From Candidatus Amesbacteria bacterium RIFCSPLOWO2_01_FULL_48_25 (GTDB taxonomy: Bacteria > Patescibacteriota > Microgenomatia > CAZETR01 > Amesbacteraceae), in NCBI GenBank assembly GCA_001773695.1, contig MEXN01000007.1, positions 47,388 to 111,387 of the forward strand: a DNA stretch of 64,000 nt, written 5' to 3'. The notes beneath the pieces were generated by a model. It had not been told where the DNA came from. It did not search any database and saw only the letters and a program-made list of their open reading frames with translations. Shown here in pieces: positions 9,749 to 17,601 of the stretch. Every line of letters starts with the position of its first letter. Position 1 is the first letter of the stretch. A program made the position numbers and the translations under genes.

Positions 9749-12700
9749 TTAGACGTCCGGTTGGTCTTTAACAGTTACTTTGTCATCTACAGCTAAGGTG
9801 GACACCTGAGTGGCAGTTGTATCGTCGGCGATATTTAAGGGAGGGGTGGCGGCCGTGTCATCGGTAACCTTGGTTTGTACCCCGATGGGTACCACTTGAA
9901 GACTGAGGCTCTGCAACTCCTTGACCAGAACATTAAATGATTCCGGAACGGTTGACGTGGGGATGTCCGTGCCCTTGACGATGGCCTCGAAAGCTTTGGC
10001 ACGGCCGATAACATCGTCGGACTTGATGGTGAGCATTTCTTGAAGAGTGTGGGCGGCTTTGTGGCTCTCCAAGGCCCAAACTTCCATTTCTCCCAGTCGC
10101 TGACCGCCCATTTGAGCCTTGCCTCCCAAGGGTTGTTGAGTCACCAGTGAATATGGACCAGTGGAACGGGCATGAGTTTTGTCTTCCACCATGTGATGGA
10201 GTTTGAGAATATAGCCCACCCCAACCACCGTCGGTTGTTCATAAGGCAACCCGGTGCGACCGTCGTGGAGAGTGATTTTCCCGCTGGTTGGCAAATTGCT
10301 GGCTTGCATTTCGATTGCGATTTGATCCTCAGAAACTTTTTCAAACGCCGGGATGGAGACTTTGCGATGCTGTTTGTCCATCGCCCAGCCCAAACGGGCT
10401 TCCAGAAGTTGGCCCAAATTCATACGGGCCAGAACTGATAAGGGGGAAATCATTATATCTATGGGGGTTCCGTCGGGAAGGTAGGGCATGTCTGCCACGG
10501 GAACGATTTTACTGATGACTCCCTTGTTGCCGTGGCGTCCAGCCAGTTTGTCCCCGACACTGATTTTTCTGATTTGGGCAACCTTGACAATCACCCGCTG
10601 GTTGACTCCAGGGGGGAGCTCGTCACCGGCTTCTTTACTAAGTATATGTATATCGACTACAATCCCCCGCTCTCCGTGGGGCATGCGCAAAGAAGTGTCC
10701 CGGACGTCCCTGGCCTTCTCACCAAAAATGGCTCTGAGCAGGCGCTCCTCGGCCGAAAGTTCGGTCTCTCCTTTGGGGGCAATTTTGCCAACTAAGATAT
10801 CATTTGGGCTGACTTCAGAGCCGATGGCGACAATACCTTGAGCGTCCAGATGAGCTAGATAATTTTCACCGATATTGGGGATGTCACGGGTAAGTTCTTC
10901 CGGACCGAGTTTGGTGTCTACCACGTCTGCTTCATGCTCCTCGATATGAATGGAGGTTAAGAGATCTTCGGTGACTAATCTATCCGAGATAACAACAGCG
11001 TCCTCGTAGCCCAAGCCATCGTAAGAGTGATAGGCGATGACTAGGTTTTGGCCGAGGGCAATTTCGCCGTTTTGGCAGGAGGGTCCGTCAATAATGAGTT
11101 GGCCCTTGGCGATTTTCTGGCCGGTTGTGACCGTGGGAACTTGATTGAAGCAGGAACTTTGGGCCGTCCGTTTGAACTTGGTCAGATAGTAAATTTCGGT
11201 GTCGCCTTTGGAAACTATATTTTCAGTGTCCGGCGGAGGAGAGGCCGGCTTTTTATCCAGTTTAACAATGATTTTGGAAGCATCCACAAAAGAAACCGTG
11301 CCGGCATGACGAGCATAGACACACCAGTCCATGGCGGCTGCTACTGTTTGTTCCATGCCAGTGCCTACAACGGGGCTCGCGGGCTTAAGTAAAGGAACAG
11401 CTTGGGTTTGCATGTTGGCGCCCATCAGTGCCCGATTGGCAGCGTCGTTGGCTAGAAAAGGAATGAGAGAGGCGGAAGTGCCAACCACTTGGCGAGGTAC
11501 AGCATCTATATATTCCACCTGGCTAGCGGGTCCTTCGGAAAAAACGCCTTGATACCGGATGGGAAGCCACTCGTCTTGGATATAACCCTTTCCGTCCACT
11601 CGGACGTCAGAATGGGAGATGCGAAAGTTGGCCTCGTCGTCGGCAGTAAAATAGACAATTTCATTACCCAATCTGACTCCAGTGGTATCGGAAATTAGTT
11701 TTCGGTAAGGTGCTTCCAGAAAGCCATAGTCATTGACCCGGGCATAGAGGGCCATATAAGTGACAAGACCGATATTGGCGCCTTCTGGCGAACGGACCGG
11801 ATCGATACGACCATATTGGCTGCTATTAACGTCACGGATACTAAATGAGGCGCGTTCCCGGGTAATGCCCCCCCGGCCCATGACGGTCAGACGGCGGAGG
11901 TGATCGATTTCAGATAAGGGGTTGGTTTGTTCCAGAATCTGGGACAGTTGAGAGCTTCTAAAAAACTCGTTGATGGAGGCGATAACAGGACGAGCGTTGA
12001 CTAACATAGCCGGGACGACTAAATCTTCGGGCGAGACTAAACTCATCTTTTCTTTGATAGCCCGCTCGAGGCGCAGAAGCCCGTCTCTAAATGCGGTTTG
12101 GTTGACCAGCTCGCCTACCCGGCGGATGCGGCGATTACCCAGGTTGTCTATATCGTCAATGTGGCCCTGATCATTTTGTAGGCCAATAAGGTAGGAAATG
12201 GTGGCGACTAGATCGTCCCTGGTCAAAACGGTTTTATCTGAGGTGAGGTCCAGGCGTTTATTGAGTTTATACCTACCCACCTGGCCCAAATCATAGCGGC
12301 GAGGGTTGAAAAAGAGATCATAAAGGAGGCGTTGGGCGTTTTCCAGAACAATCGGCTCCCCGGGGCGCATTTTCTTGTATATTTCGATCAGGGCTTCCTC
12401 GGTAGTTTTGGTAGTATCTTTGCCCAGCGTCGCTTCCAGATAATGGTGATTGGCGTTTGTATCTACAGCGGCAAACAGGCTGGTTAGTTGGTCCGGATCA
12501 GATAGACCCATGGCCCGCAGGAGAGTGGTAACTACAAACTTGCGCCGGCGGTCGATACGAACAGAAATGACATTTGACCTAGAAATTTCGAACTCCAGCC
12601 AGGTGCCACGGATAGGGCGAAGTTCAGCAGTATGGAGCATCCGGCCTGAGGCGGCATCTAGTTCGGCGCCAAAATAGGCCCCTGGGGAACGGACGACTTG

Positions 12701-13087
12701 GTTGATGACCGCCCGCTCTACCCCATTGACTATAAATGTGCCCCGGTCGGTCATCTGGGGTAGTTCGCCTAAGTAAACTTCGCCGGAAGTGGTTTTGCCG
12801 GTTTGCTTATTGGTAAGCTTGGTCGTGACACGCAGGGCTGCCGAGTAAGTAAGTCCTTTTCGAAGGGCTGTCTGGGGGGTGATTTTGGGCTTTTCGATCG
12901 AGTGAGTGGAAAATTCCAGTAACCAATTTTTACTGGTAAAATCTTCGATGGGGGAAATTTCAGCTAGATTTTGAGGAATGCCCTTGGTCAAAAACCAGGC
13001 CCACGAGTCGAGCTGAACCCGGGTGAGGTTGAGAGTTGGGAGATTTGTGTATTGTCTCCCCCAATATATGCGCTGGTTGGCCGTCAT
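9749..13087 (-). CDS. rpoB: DNA-directed RNA polymerase beta subunit
   Basis: 1112 aa with conserved rpoB blocks throughout. Sits immediately upstream of rpoC. Confidence 0.97.
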   Translation of the reverse strand: MTANQRIYWGRQYTNLPTLNLTRVQLDSWAWFLTKGIPQNLAEISPIEDFTSKNWLLEFSTHSIEKPKITPQTALRKGLTYSAALRVTTKLTNKQTGKTTSGEVYLGELPQMTDRGTFIVNGVERAVINQVVRSPGAYFGAELDAASGRMLHTAELRPIRGTWLEFEISRSNVISVRIDRRRKFVVTTLLRAMGLSDPDQLTSLFAAVDTNANHHYLEATLGKDTTKTTEEALIEIYKKMRPGEPIVLENAQRLLYDLFFNPRRYDLGQVGRYKLNKRLDLTSDKTVLTRDDLVATISYLIGLQNDQGHIDDIDNLGNRRIRRVGELVNQTAFRDGLLRLERAIKEKMSLVSPEDLVVPAMLVNARPVIASINEFFRSSQLSQILEQTNPLSEIDHLRRLTVMGRGGITRERASFSIRDVNSSQYGRIDPVRSPEGANIGLVTYMALYARVNDYGFLEAPYRKLISDTTGVRLGNEIVYFTADDEANFRISHSDVRVDGKGYIQDEWLPIRYQGVFSEGPASQVEYIDAVPRQVVGTSASLIPFLANDAANRALMGANMQTQAVPLLKPASPVVGTGMEQTVAAAMDWCVYARHAGTVSFVDASKIIVKLDKKPASPPPDTENIVSKGDTEIYYLTKFKRTAQSSCFNQVPTVTTGQKIAKGQLIIDGPSCQNGEIALGQNLVIAYHSYDGLGYEDAVVISDRLVTEDLLTSIHIEEHEADVVDTKLGPEELTRDIPNIGENYLAHLDAQGIVAIGSEVSPNDILVGKIAPKGETELSAEERLLRAIFGEKARDVRDTSLRMPHGERGIVVDIHILSKEAGDELPPGVNQRVIVKVAQIRKISVGDKLAGRHGNKGVISKIVPVADMPYLPDGTPIDIMISPLSVLARMNLGQLLEARLGWAMDKQHRKVSIPAFEKVSEDQIAIEMQASNLPTSGKITLHDGRTGLPYEQPTVVGVGYILKLHHMVEDKTHARSTGPYSLVTQQPLGGKAQMGGQRLGEMEVWALESHKAAHTLQEMLTIKSDDVIGRAKAFEAIVKGTDIPTSTVPESFNVLVKELQSLSLQVVPIGVQTKVTDDTAATPPLNIADDTTATQVSTLAVDDKVTVKDQPDV

Positions 13088-13189
13088 TTGTAATCGTTAG
13101 TTAAACGAAGCACCCGAGGCAGGGGGCATTGGGACGCAAAAAACCAGGCGACAATGGCCGCCTAGGGTTATATATTCAGTTTGGTTATA

Positions 13190-14164
13190 TCAGGGCTTGA
13201 GATATTTGTCAACGTTTATATTGTGCTCGGTCAAGGTTTTGGCGTAATAAGTTACTCCGTCTGTTCCAGCAAGATAATACCAATAAGGCGAATCAACTGG
13301 AGCTAGGACAGCCTGGATGGATGCTAGGCCGGGATTGGCTATGGGGTGAGGAGGTAAGCCCACATTTTGGTAGGTATTAAAAACTGAGGAGAGTTTAGTA
13401 TCAAAGACCGGTTGCCAGAATTGACAGTTGACAGTTAACAGTTGACAGTTGGCGCTGTCACGGGCGTATTGAACGGTGGCATCGATTTGCAGCGGCCAGT
13501 TGTTTTTCAGGCGCTTTTGGATGATACCTGCGATTATCGGCCTGTCGACTGCCAGTTTAGCCTCGCGTTCTACCAGCGAAGCGATAATAAGCAAGTCTTG
13601 TTGGGAAGGAATTGAAAGGCCGGATTTGCGACGGAAATTTTCGGTCATGATGCGGATAACATCGGAGGCTTGAGATGTGGGAGAAAACCGATATGTATCG
13701 GGGAAAAGCTGCCCTTCTATCGAGGCGGTTTGGTAAACAAACTCAAGGGTGTCAAAATTTGGCAGATCACTACTTACGCGGAGGGCAATTTGTTCCCGGC
13801 GCCAGCCTTCAGGAAGAGTAATTTTGACGTCTTGGGGTCCGGTGGCGAGAGCCGCAAAAATTTCCTTGGCTGAAAGAGCCGGTGAGAGGGAGTATGAACC
13901 GGGACGAAGGCGGCTATCTAACCCCGTAAATTTAAGATAAACACGAGCGGCTAAAATGGAGCGGATGAGACCAGTAGTATGAAGACTGGAAACTGTCGTG
14001 AGAGCGGGTTGGTTTGGGGCAATATTAAAAGTTACTGAAGGGGAACCAGACGATCCTGCTGGGGAAAGCTGGGAGAAAATCCAGAAGTAGGAAAAGGTAA
14101 TTGAGGCTGCGGCGCAAAATCCTAAGAAGAGGGCAAGGATTAGGCTGAGGTTTTTTCCGGTCAC
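13190..14164 (-). CDS. mltG: Endolytic murein transglycosylase MltG (YceG family)
   Basis: N-terminal TM segment, then a YceG-like domain with the EGQLFPDTY motif. Confidence 0.85.
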   Translation of the reverse strand: MTGKNLSLILALFLGFCAAASITFSYFWIFSQLSPAGSSGSPSVTFNIAPNQPALTTVSSLHTTGLIRSILAARVYLKFTGLDSRLRPGSYSLSPALSAKEIFAALATGPQDVKITLPEGWRREQIALRVSSDLPNFDTLEFVYQTASIEGQLFPDTYRFSPTSQASDVIRIMTENFRRKSGLSIPSQQDLLIIASLVEREAKLAVDRPIIAGIIQKRLKNNWPLQIDATVQYARDSANCQLLTVNCQFWQPVFDTKLSSVFNTYQNVGLPPHPIANPGLASIQAVLAPVDSPYWYYLAGTDGVTYYAKTLTEHNINVDKYLKP

Positions 14165-14397
14165 ACTTCCTCAAACAAGGCGCGGCGATATTTTCCAGAT
14201 TGGGCTTCCTTGACAAAAATCCGGCCGCATTTTTTGCAGGTAATTTTTTCGGTATCACCCTTTTTTTCTAATTTCCCAGTGGAAAGTTCCACACCACAAC
14301 CTACACAACGACCTTGAGACAAAAGCCATGCCTGAACGGGAGCGATGACGTTTTTGAACACTAGGATTACTTTACTATGTGGAATCCTGGGAGTCAA
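14161..14397 (-). CDS. Small zinc-ribbon protein (TTG start)
   Basis: Two CxxC pairs: CVGCG ... CKKCG. 78 aa. Overlaps the mltG start by 4 nt. Confidence 0.4.
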   Translation of the reverse strand: MTPRIPHSKVILVFKNVIAPVQAWLLSQGRCVGCGVELSTGKLEKKGDTEKITCKKCGRIFVKEAQSGKYRRALFEEV

Positions 14398-14404
14398 CTT
14401 AAAT

Positions 14405-14443
14405 ACCTCACCCCTGACCCCTCTCCTAAATTTAGGAGAGGGG
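14405..14443 (-). repeat. Conserved junction element, copy 1: ACCTCACCCCTG plus the perfect 26-nt palindrome CCCCTCTCCTAAATTTAGGAGAGGGG. The ruvX stop codon lies in the loop.
   Basis: A second, similar copy lies at 21413-21450. Both are situated between co-directional minus-strand genes. Confidence 0.8.
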
Positions 14444-14821
14444 AACTGAGGGGGAGAGGTTAGAATCGAGCCAAGATTGCAAGATTATGGCTGCGGCTAC
14501 AGCGTGCTCGTTGGTTTTGCGTCTTTTTTGTGAAGTATGTAGGAGAGATTGACGGGAGTCGTGAGATGAAAGAGTCTCATCAACAATATTTAATGTTAAA
14601 TGTTTAATGTCTAATGCTTTGATAAATTCTTCAAAATCTTTCTTTAACTTTTTATCCGGGCGGCCGATAATTATTGTTCGGATGGAATTATCATCGACTA
14701 ATTGTTTAATTAACTGAACTGCGGATTTGGTAGGTAAAGTGGTCAACGGCTCGGCCAAAGGGCCAGTAGCCAGAGCAACTCCGACGTGTTTTAGCCCATA
14801 ATCGAGACCCAGGCAATTCAT
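14432..14821 (-). CDS. ruvX: Putative pre-16S rRNA nuclease / Holliday-junction resolvase-like YqgF (RuvX)
   Basis: LGLDYGLKHVGVALA N-terminal motif of the YqgF/RNase H-like family. Confidence 0.8.
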   Translation of the reverse strand: MNCLGLDYGLKHVGVALATGPLAEPLTTLPTKSAVQLIKQLVDDNSIRTIIIGRPDKKLKKDFEEFIKALDIKHLTLNIVDETLSSHDSRQSLLHTSQKRRKTNEHAVAAAIILQSWLDSNLSPSVPLS

Positions 14822-14826
14822 ACTAG

Positions 14827-15498
14827 TTAGTTTACCAGTTCGGCGGTGGCTACGAAGCGGCGCCAGTAAGTGCCTAGGGGGACGCAGGTGACGAGGGTTA
14901 GCTGCCTTTTCGATTTGTTTTGAGTCAAAACGTCGATTTGAGACGGAGCGACTTCGCGAGTCGATTTGATCAGATATTTGTAAGTGACTGAGTCGTATTT
15001 AACTGTAATTTGGGCGCCAACTTTAATCTCGGGCAGGGGATTAAAAATGGTCAGGGGATTTCCTTCCCGATATAAATAGGGCGAGGACGAGTGGCCGAAA
15101 ATGACGACGTTTCCAGATTCTCCGGGAAATGCCGTACCGGGAAAATGAACAGCGCCTTTTTTTAAGTCGACGCTATTAACTGAAACCGGAATTCCGTTTA
15201 GACCTATATCTGGAATCGATAAAGCAAAACTGGTTGATTTGGCTGCGGACGGCTTCTGGGGGGTGGACGCCGGAAACCAGTTGGTGGCTTGGGTGAGATC
15301 GGCTGTGGGCATCCCTTGGGGATAAATAATCAGGAACGGCCGGCGACCGGAGGGAACCGTGGGGTCGATCAGGCGGGACTCGGGTGAAAAATAATATTTT
15401 ACCTGGGCGGAAATTATAGGAAAAGTGGCGAGGCCAAGCAAAGCCAGCCCTAGGCTGAAAAGCACGAAACCCAGCGCCTTTGGACGGATAAGAGTCAT
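14827..15498 (-). CDS. Sortase family transpeptidase
   Basis: N-terminal TM segment. VIFGHS supplies the catalytic His. TLVTCVP supplies the TLxTC catalytic Cys motif. Confidence 0.8.
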   Translation of the reverse strand: MTLIRPKALGFVLFSLGLALLGLATFPIISAQVKYYFSPESRLIDPTVPSGRRPFLIIYPQGMPTADLTQATNWFPASTPQKPSAAKSTSFALSIPDIGLNGIPVSVNSVDLKKGAVHFPGTAFPGESGNVVIFGHSSSPYLYREGNPLTIFNPLPEIKVGAQITVKYDSVTYKYLIKSTREVAPSQIDVLTQNKSKRQLTLVTCVPLGTYWRRFVATAELVN

Positions 15499-17574
15499 TT
15501 ATGGAGTCTGGATCGAGACGGTGATATGTCCAGGGAGACGAGGGAGAAAGACAATGGGGTCCGGCAAGGGTAAGCTATAAGTAATTTGGGCACCAGTGAC
15601 GCCGGGATATGAATTGAGGTGGTTTCTGGCCCAGGCGATATTTTTGCCCGCGATCTGAGAGACAATTTGGCTAGAGTCGACTTGAGGCGTAAACCGGGCA
15701 GAAACATTAGTAAATACCGTATTTTCAGACCCGGTAGAACCACGCACTGAAAAACGATAATTTGTCAACTGCCCCAGTTGATAGTTATCGGGGATTTGAT
15801 CTTGCAACTTTTGCTGGACAAGCTCTTCCAGGTTGGATCTGGATACGACCGGGCTTTGGGCTTTAAGAGTGAGCTTGTAGGTGATTTCATTGGCTTCATC
15901 TCCTGTTTTGTGATTTAATTCTTCAGATGTGGTTTGGCTTGTGAAGGTATCCGGGACCAAGATCTGGTCGGGGGTTAATTCTTCGGTAATTTTGGCTTGA
16001 AGAGCTTCGCGAAGTTGGGACATGAGGGTGGATTTGAGCTGGGAAATATCCTCCTGAGCCACAACCCGAGCTTCCCTACTTGAGCCGCCCGAGAGGGCAG
16101 CCTCATTTTTGGCCACCACGTCCAGCTGAGGATAAGTGCCAACACGAAACTCAGTGCCGGCTGTAAGGTTGCCATCAGAGCCAATTTGAGAAGCGGTGAT
16201 CTTGACTGTGACACGGCCTGGTTGGTAGGAATTGGGGTCGGCGGTACCTGAGGCAGAGGCTACCAAGACGCTTGAGTCGGTTGTGAATTTTAGGCTCGTC
16301 GGGGAAGTCAGCAGCGTGCCCGCGGGTAAGTTTTTGACGGTGCTGGTGCCATTTATTATGGTGACAGATCCGGAAGCTGGCTCGCCAACTACTTTGGATC
16401 CGGTGGTAGGAGCGGATTTGGAATCGGATGCCGAGGTTTGTACAAAACTGCCAGTTGTATCGAATTCGGTTGACAAATCCAGGGGAGAAATTTGCAATTC
16501 GACCTTGGCGGATGGTAGATAAAGCGTAGCTAAAACGAGGGCGGCCAAAATGGTAATTATGCCAATCCCCCAAAAAACTAGCCCGAGACGGGGGAGTGTT
16601 GGCCAAGATATGGTAAATGATGGTAATTTGAATTGAGGAAGTTTTAGCTTTGGCAAAGTAAATCGCTTTGATGCGGGGGAGAGCTCATTTTTGGGAGGAG
16701 GGGGAATGGAGGGAGAAGGCGGGGAATTTGGGTTCGGAGCATTTACTCCGGGAGAAAATCCAAGTTGATCTGGAGAAATTTCTAGCGAAGTTTCTTCTCC
16801 CGTGGTGATTAGACCTATGGCTTGGGCGACTTCGGAACCACCTGCCAGGGCAATGGCCCGAATTACAAAATCTTGGGGTAGGGACTCCACCTTGGGAAAA
16901 TGCAGAAATGGCAATCTGGTTTGGGGGGATTGCCAGGGATGAGAGAGTAATTGTTGGCGAATGCTTTCTAGATCCTGGCTGGAATTGTAAAGCAAAATCC
17001 GAGAGGGGAGCATGTCTGTGGGTAAGAGTCGGGAAATGCCTTCGATAACATCGTCTGTGAGCTTGGGGCTGCGACGGACAGTGTGAGTTCCGGTAATCTT
17101 ACCCAAACGAACCAATGAGACTTCCAGATATCCGGCCCAGAAACCCAAGAGGATGGCCGTGGGGGGGGCATTTTCCTGGCTTTGCAAAAAACGGACGGTG
17201 GCTTCGGGGATAACCACATAACCAACTGGTTTGAGAGCCAGTTTGTCAAAAAGCGGACGCAGTAAATTTACTTTGGCGGGATGGATTTTTTCCGTTTCCA
17301 ACCAATCCGGTAATAGTCCTAAAATGATTTTTTCGGGTTGGGTTTTACCCTGGGGATCGAGGTGGTTGCCTGCGTCTGACAGGCTTTGATCGCTGGCTGT
17401 GACCAAGCTATCAGCAGACGAATCGTCCCAGGCGACGCTGCTTCCTACGGCTATAACTTGAGGCCGATTATTGATGACTGCCCAGACGGCACCTTGCACT
17501 TGGCCGTGGCCAATCTGCAAGGCGAAGAGGTATTCGCGTTTGGGATTGGGGTGATTTAAGAAAGGCAGGGTCAT
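15499..17574 (-). CDS. Large membrane-anchored protein. Cytoplasmic N-domain with a tentative actin/FtsA/PilM-like phosphate-1 motif, Pro-rich linker, one TM segment, Ser/Thr-rich extracytoplasmic domain.
   Basis: 691 aa. The motif LFALQIGHGQVQGAVWAV resembles an ASKHA phosphate-1 motif. The linker is PNPNSPPSPSIPPPP. The TM segment is LGLVFWGIGIITILAALVLATLYL. Confidence 0.5.
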   Translation of the reverse strand: MTLPFLNHPNPKREYLFALQIGHGQVQGAVWAVINNRPQVIAVGSSVAWDDSSADSLVTASDQSLSDAGNHLDPQGKTQPEKIILGLLPDWLETEKIHPAKVNLLRPLFDKLALKPVGYVVIPEATVRFLQSQENAPPTAILLGFWAGYLEVSLVRLGKITGTHTVRRSPKLTDDVIEGISRLLPTDMLPSRILLYNSSQDLESIRQQLLSHPWQSPQTRLPFLHFPKVESLPQDFVIRAIALAGGSEVAQAIGLITTGEETSLEISPDQLGFSPGVNAPNPNSPPSPSIPPPPKNELSPASKRFTLPKLKLPQFKLPSFTISWPTLPRLGLVFWGIGIITILAALVLATLYLPSAKVELQISPLDLSTEFDTTGSFVQTSASDSKSAPTTGSKVVGEPASGSVTIINGTSTVKNLPAGTLLTSPTSLKFTTDSSVLVASASGTADPNSYQPGRVTVKITASQIGSDGNLTAGTEFRVGTYPQLDVVAKNEAALSGGSSREARVVAQEDISQLKSTLMSQLREALQAKITEELTPDQILVPDTFTSQTTSEELNHKTGDEANEITYKLTLKAQSPVVSRSNLEELVQQKLQDQIPDNYQLGQLTNYRFSVRGSTGSENTVFTNVSARFTPQVDSSQIVSQIAGKNIAWARNHLNSYPGVTGAQITYSLPLPDPIVFLPRLPGHITVSIQTP

Positions 17575-17580
17575 TAAAAA

Positions 17581-17601
17581 ATTTCTAATTTCTAATTTCT
17601 A
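17581..17601. repeat. Tandem heptanucleotide repeat (ATTTCTA)x3 in the 24-nt alaS to downstream-gene spacer. It overlaps the alaS stop codon.
   Basis: Read directly: atttctaatttctaatttcta. Confidence 0.9.

Noticed and set aside
6610-12677. Numerous 60 to 130-aa plus-strand ORFs inside rpoC/rpoB, and minus-strand ORFs inside fusA, rplB, secY and others (for example 37676-38272, 44187-44636, 50787-51380)
   Set aside because: All lie antisense or out of frame relative to strongly supported conserved genes. They are typical GC-rich shadow frames.
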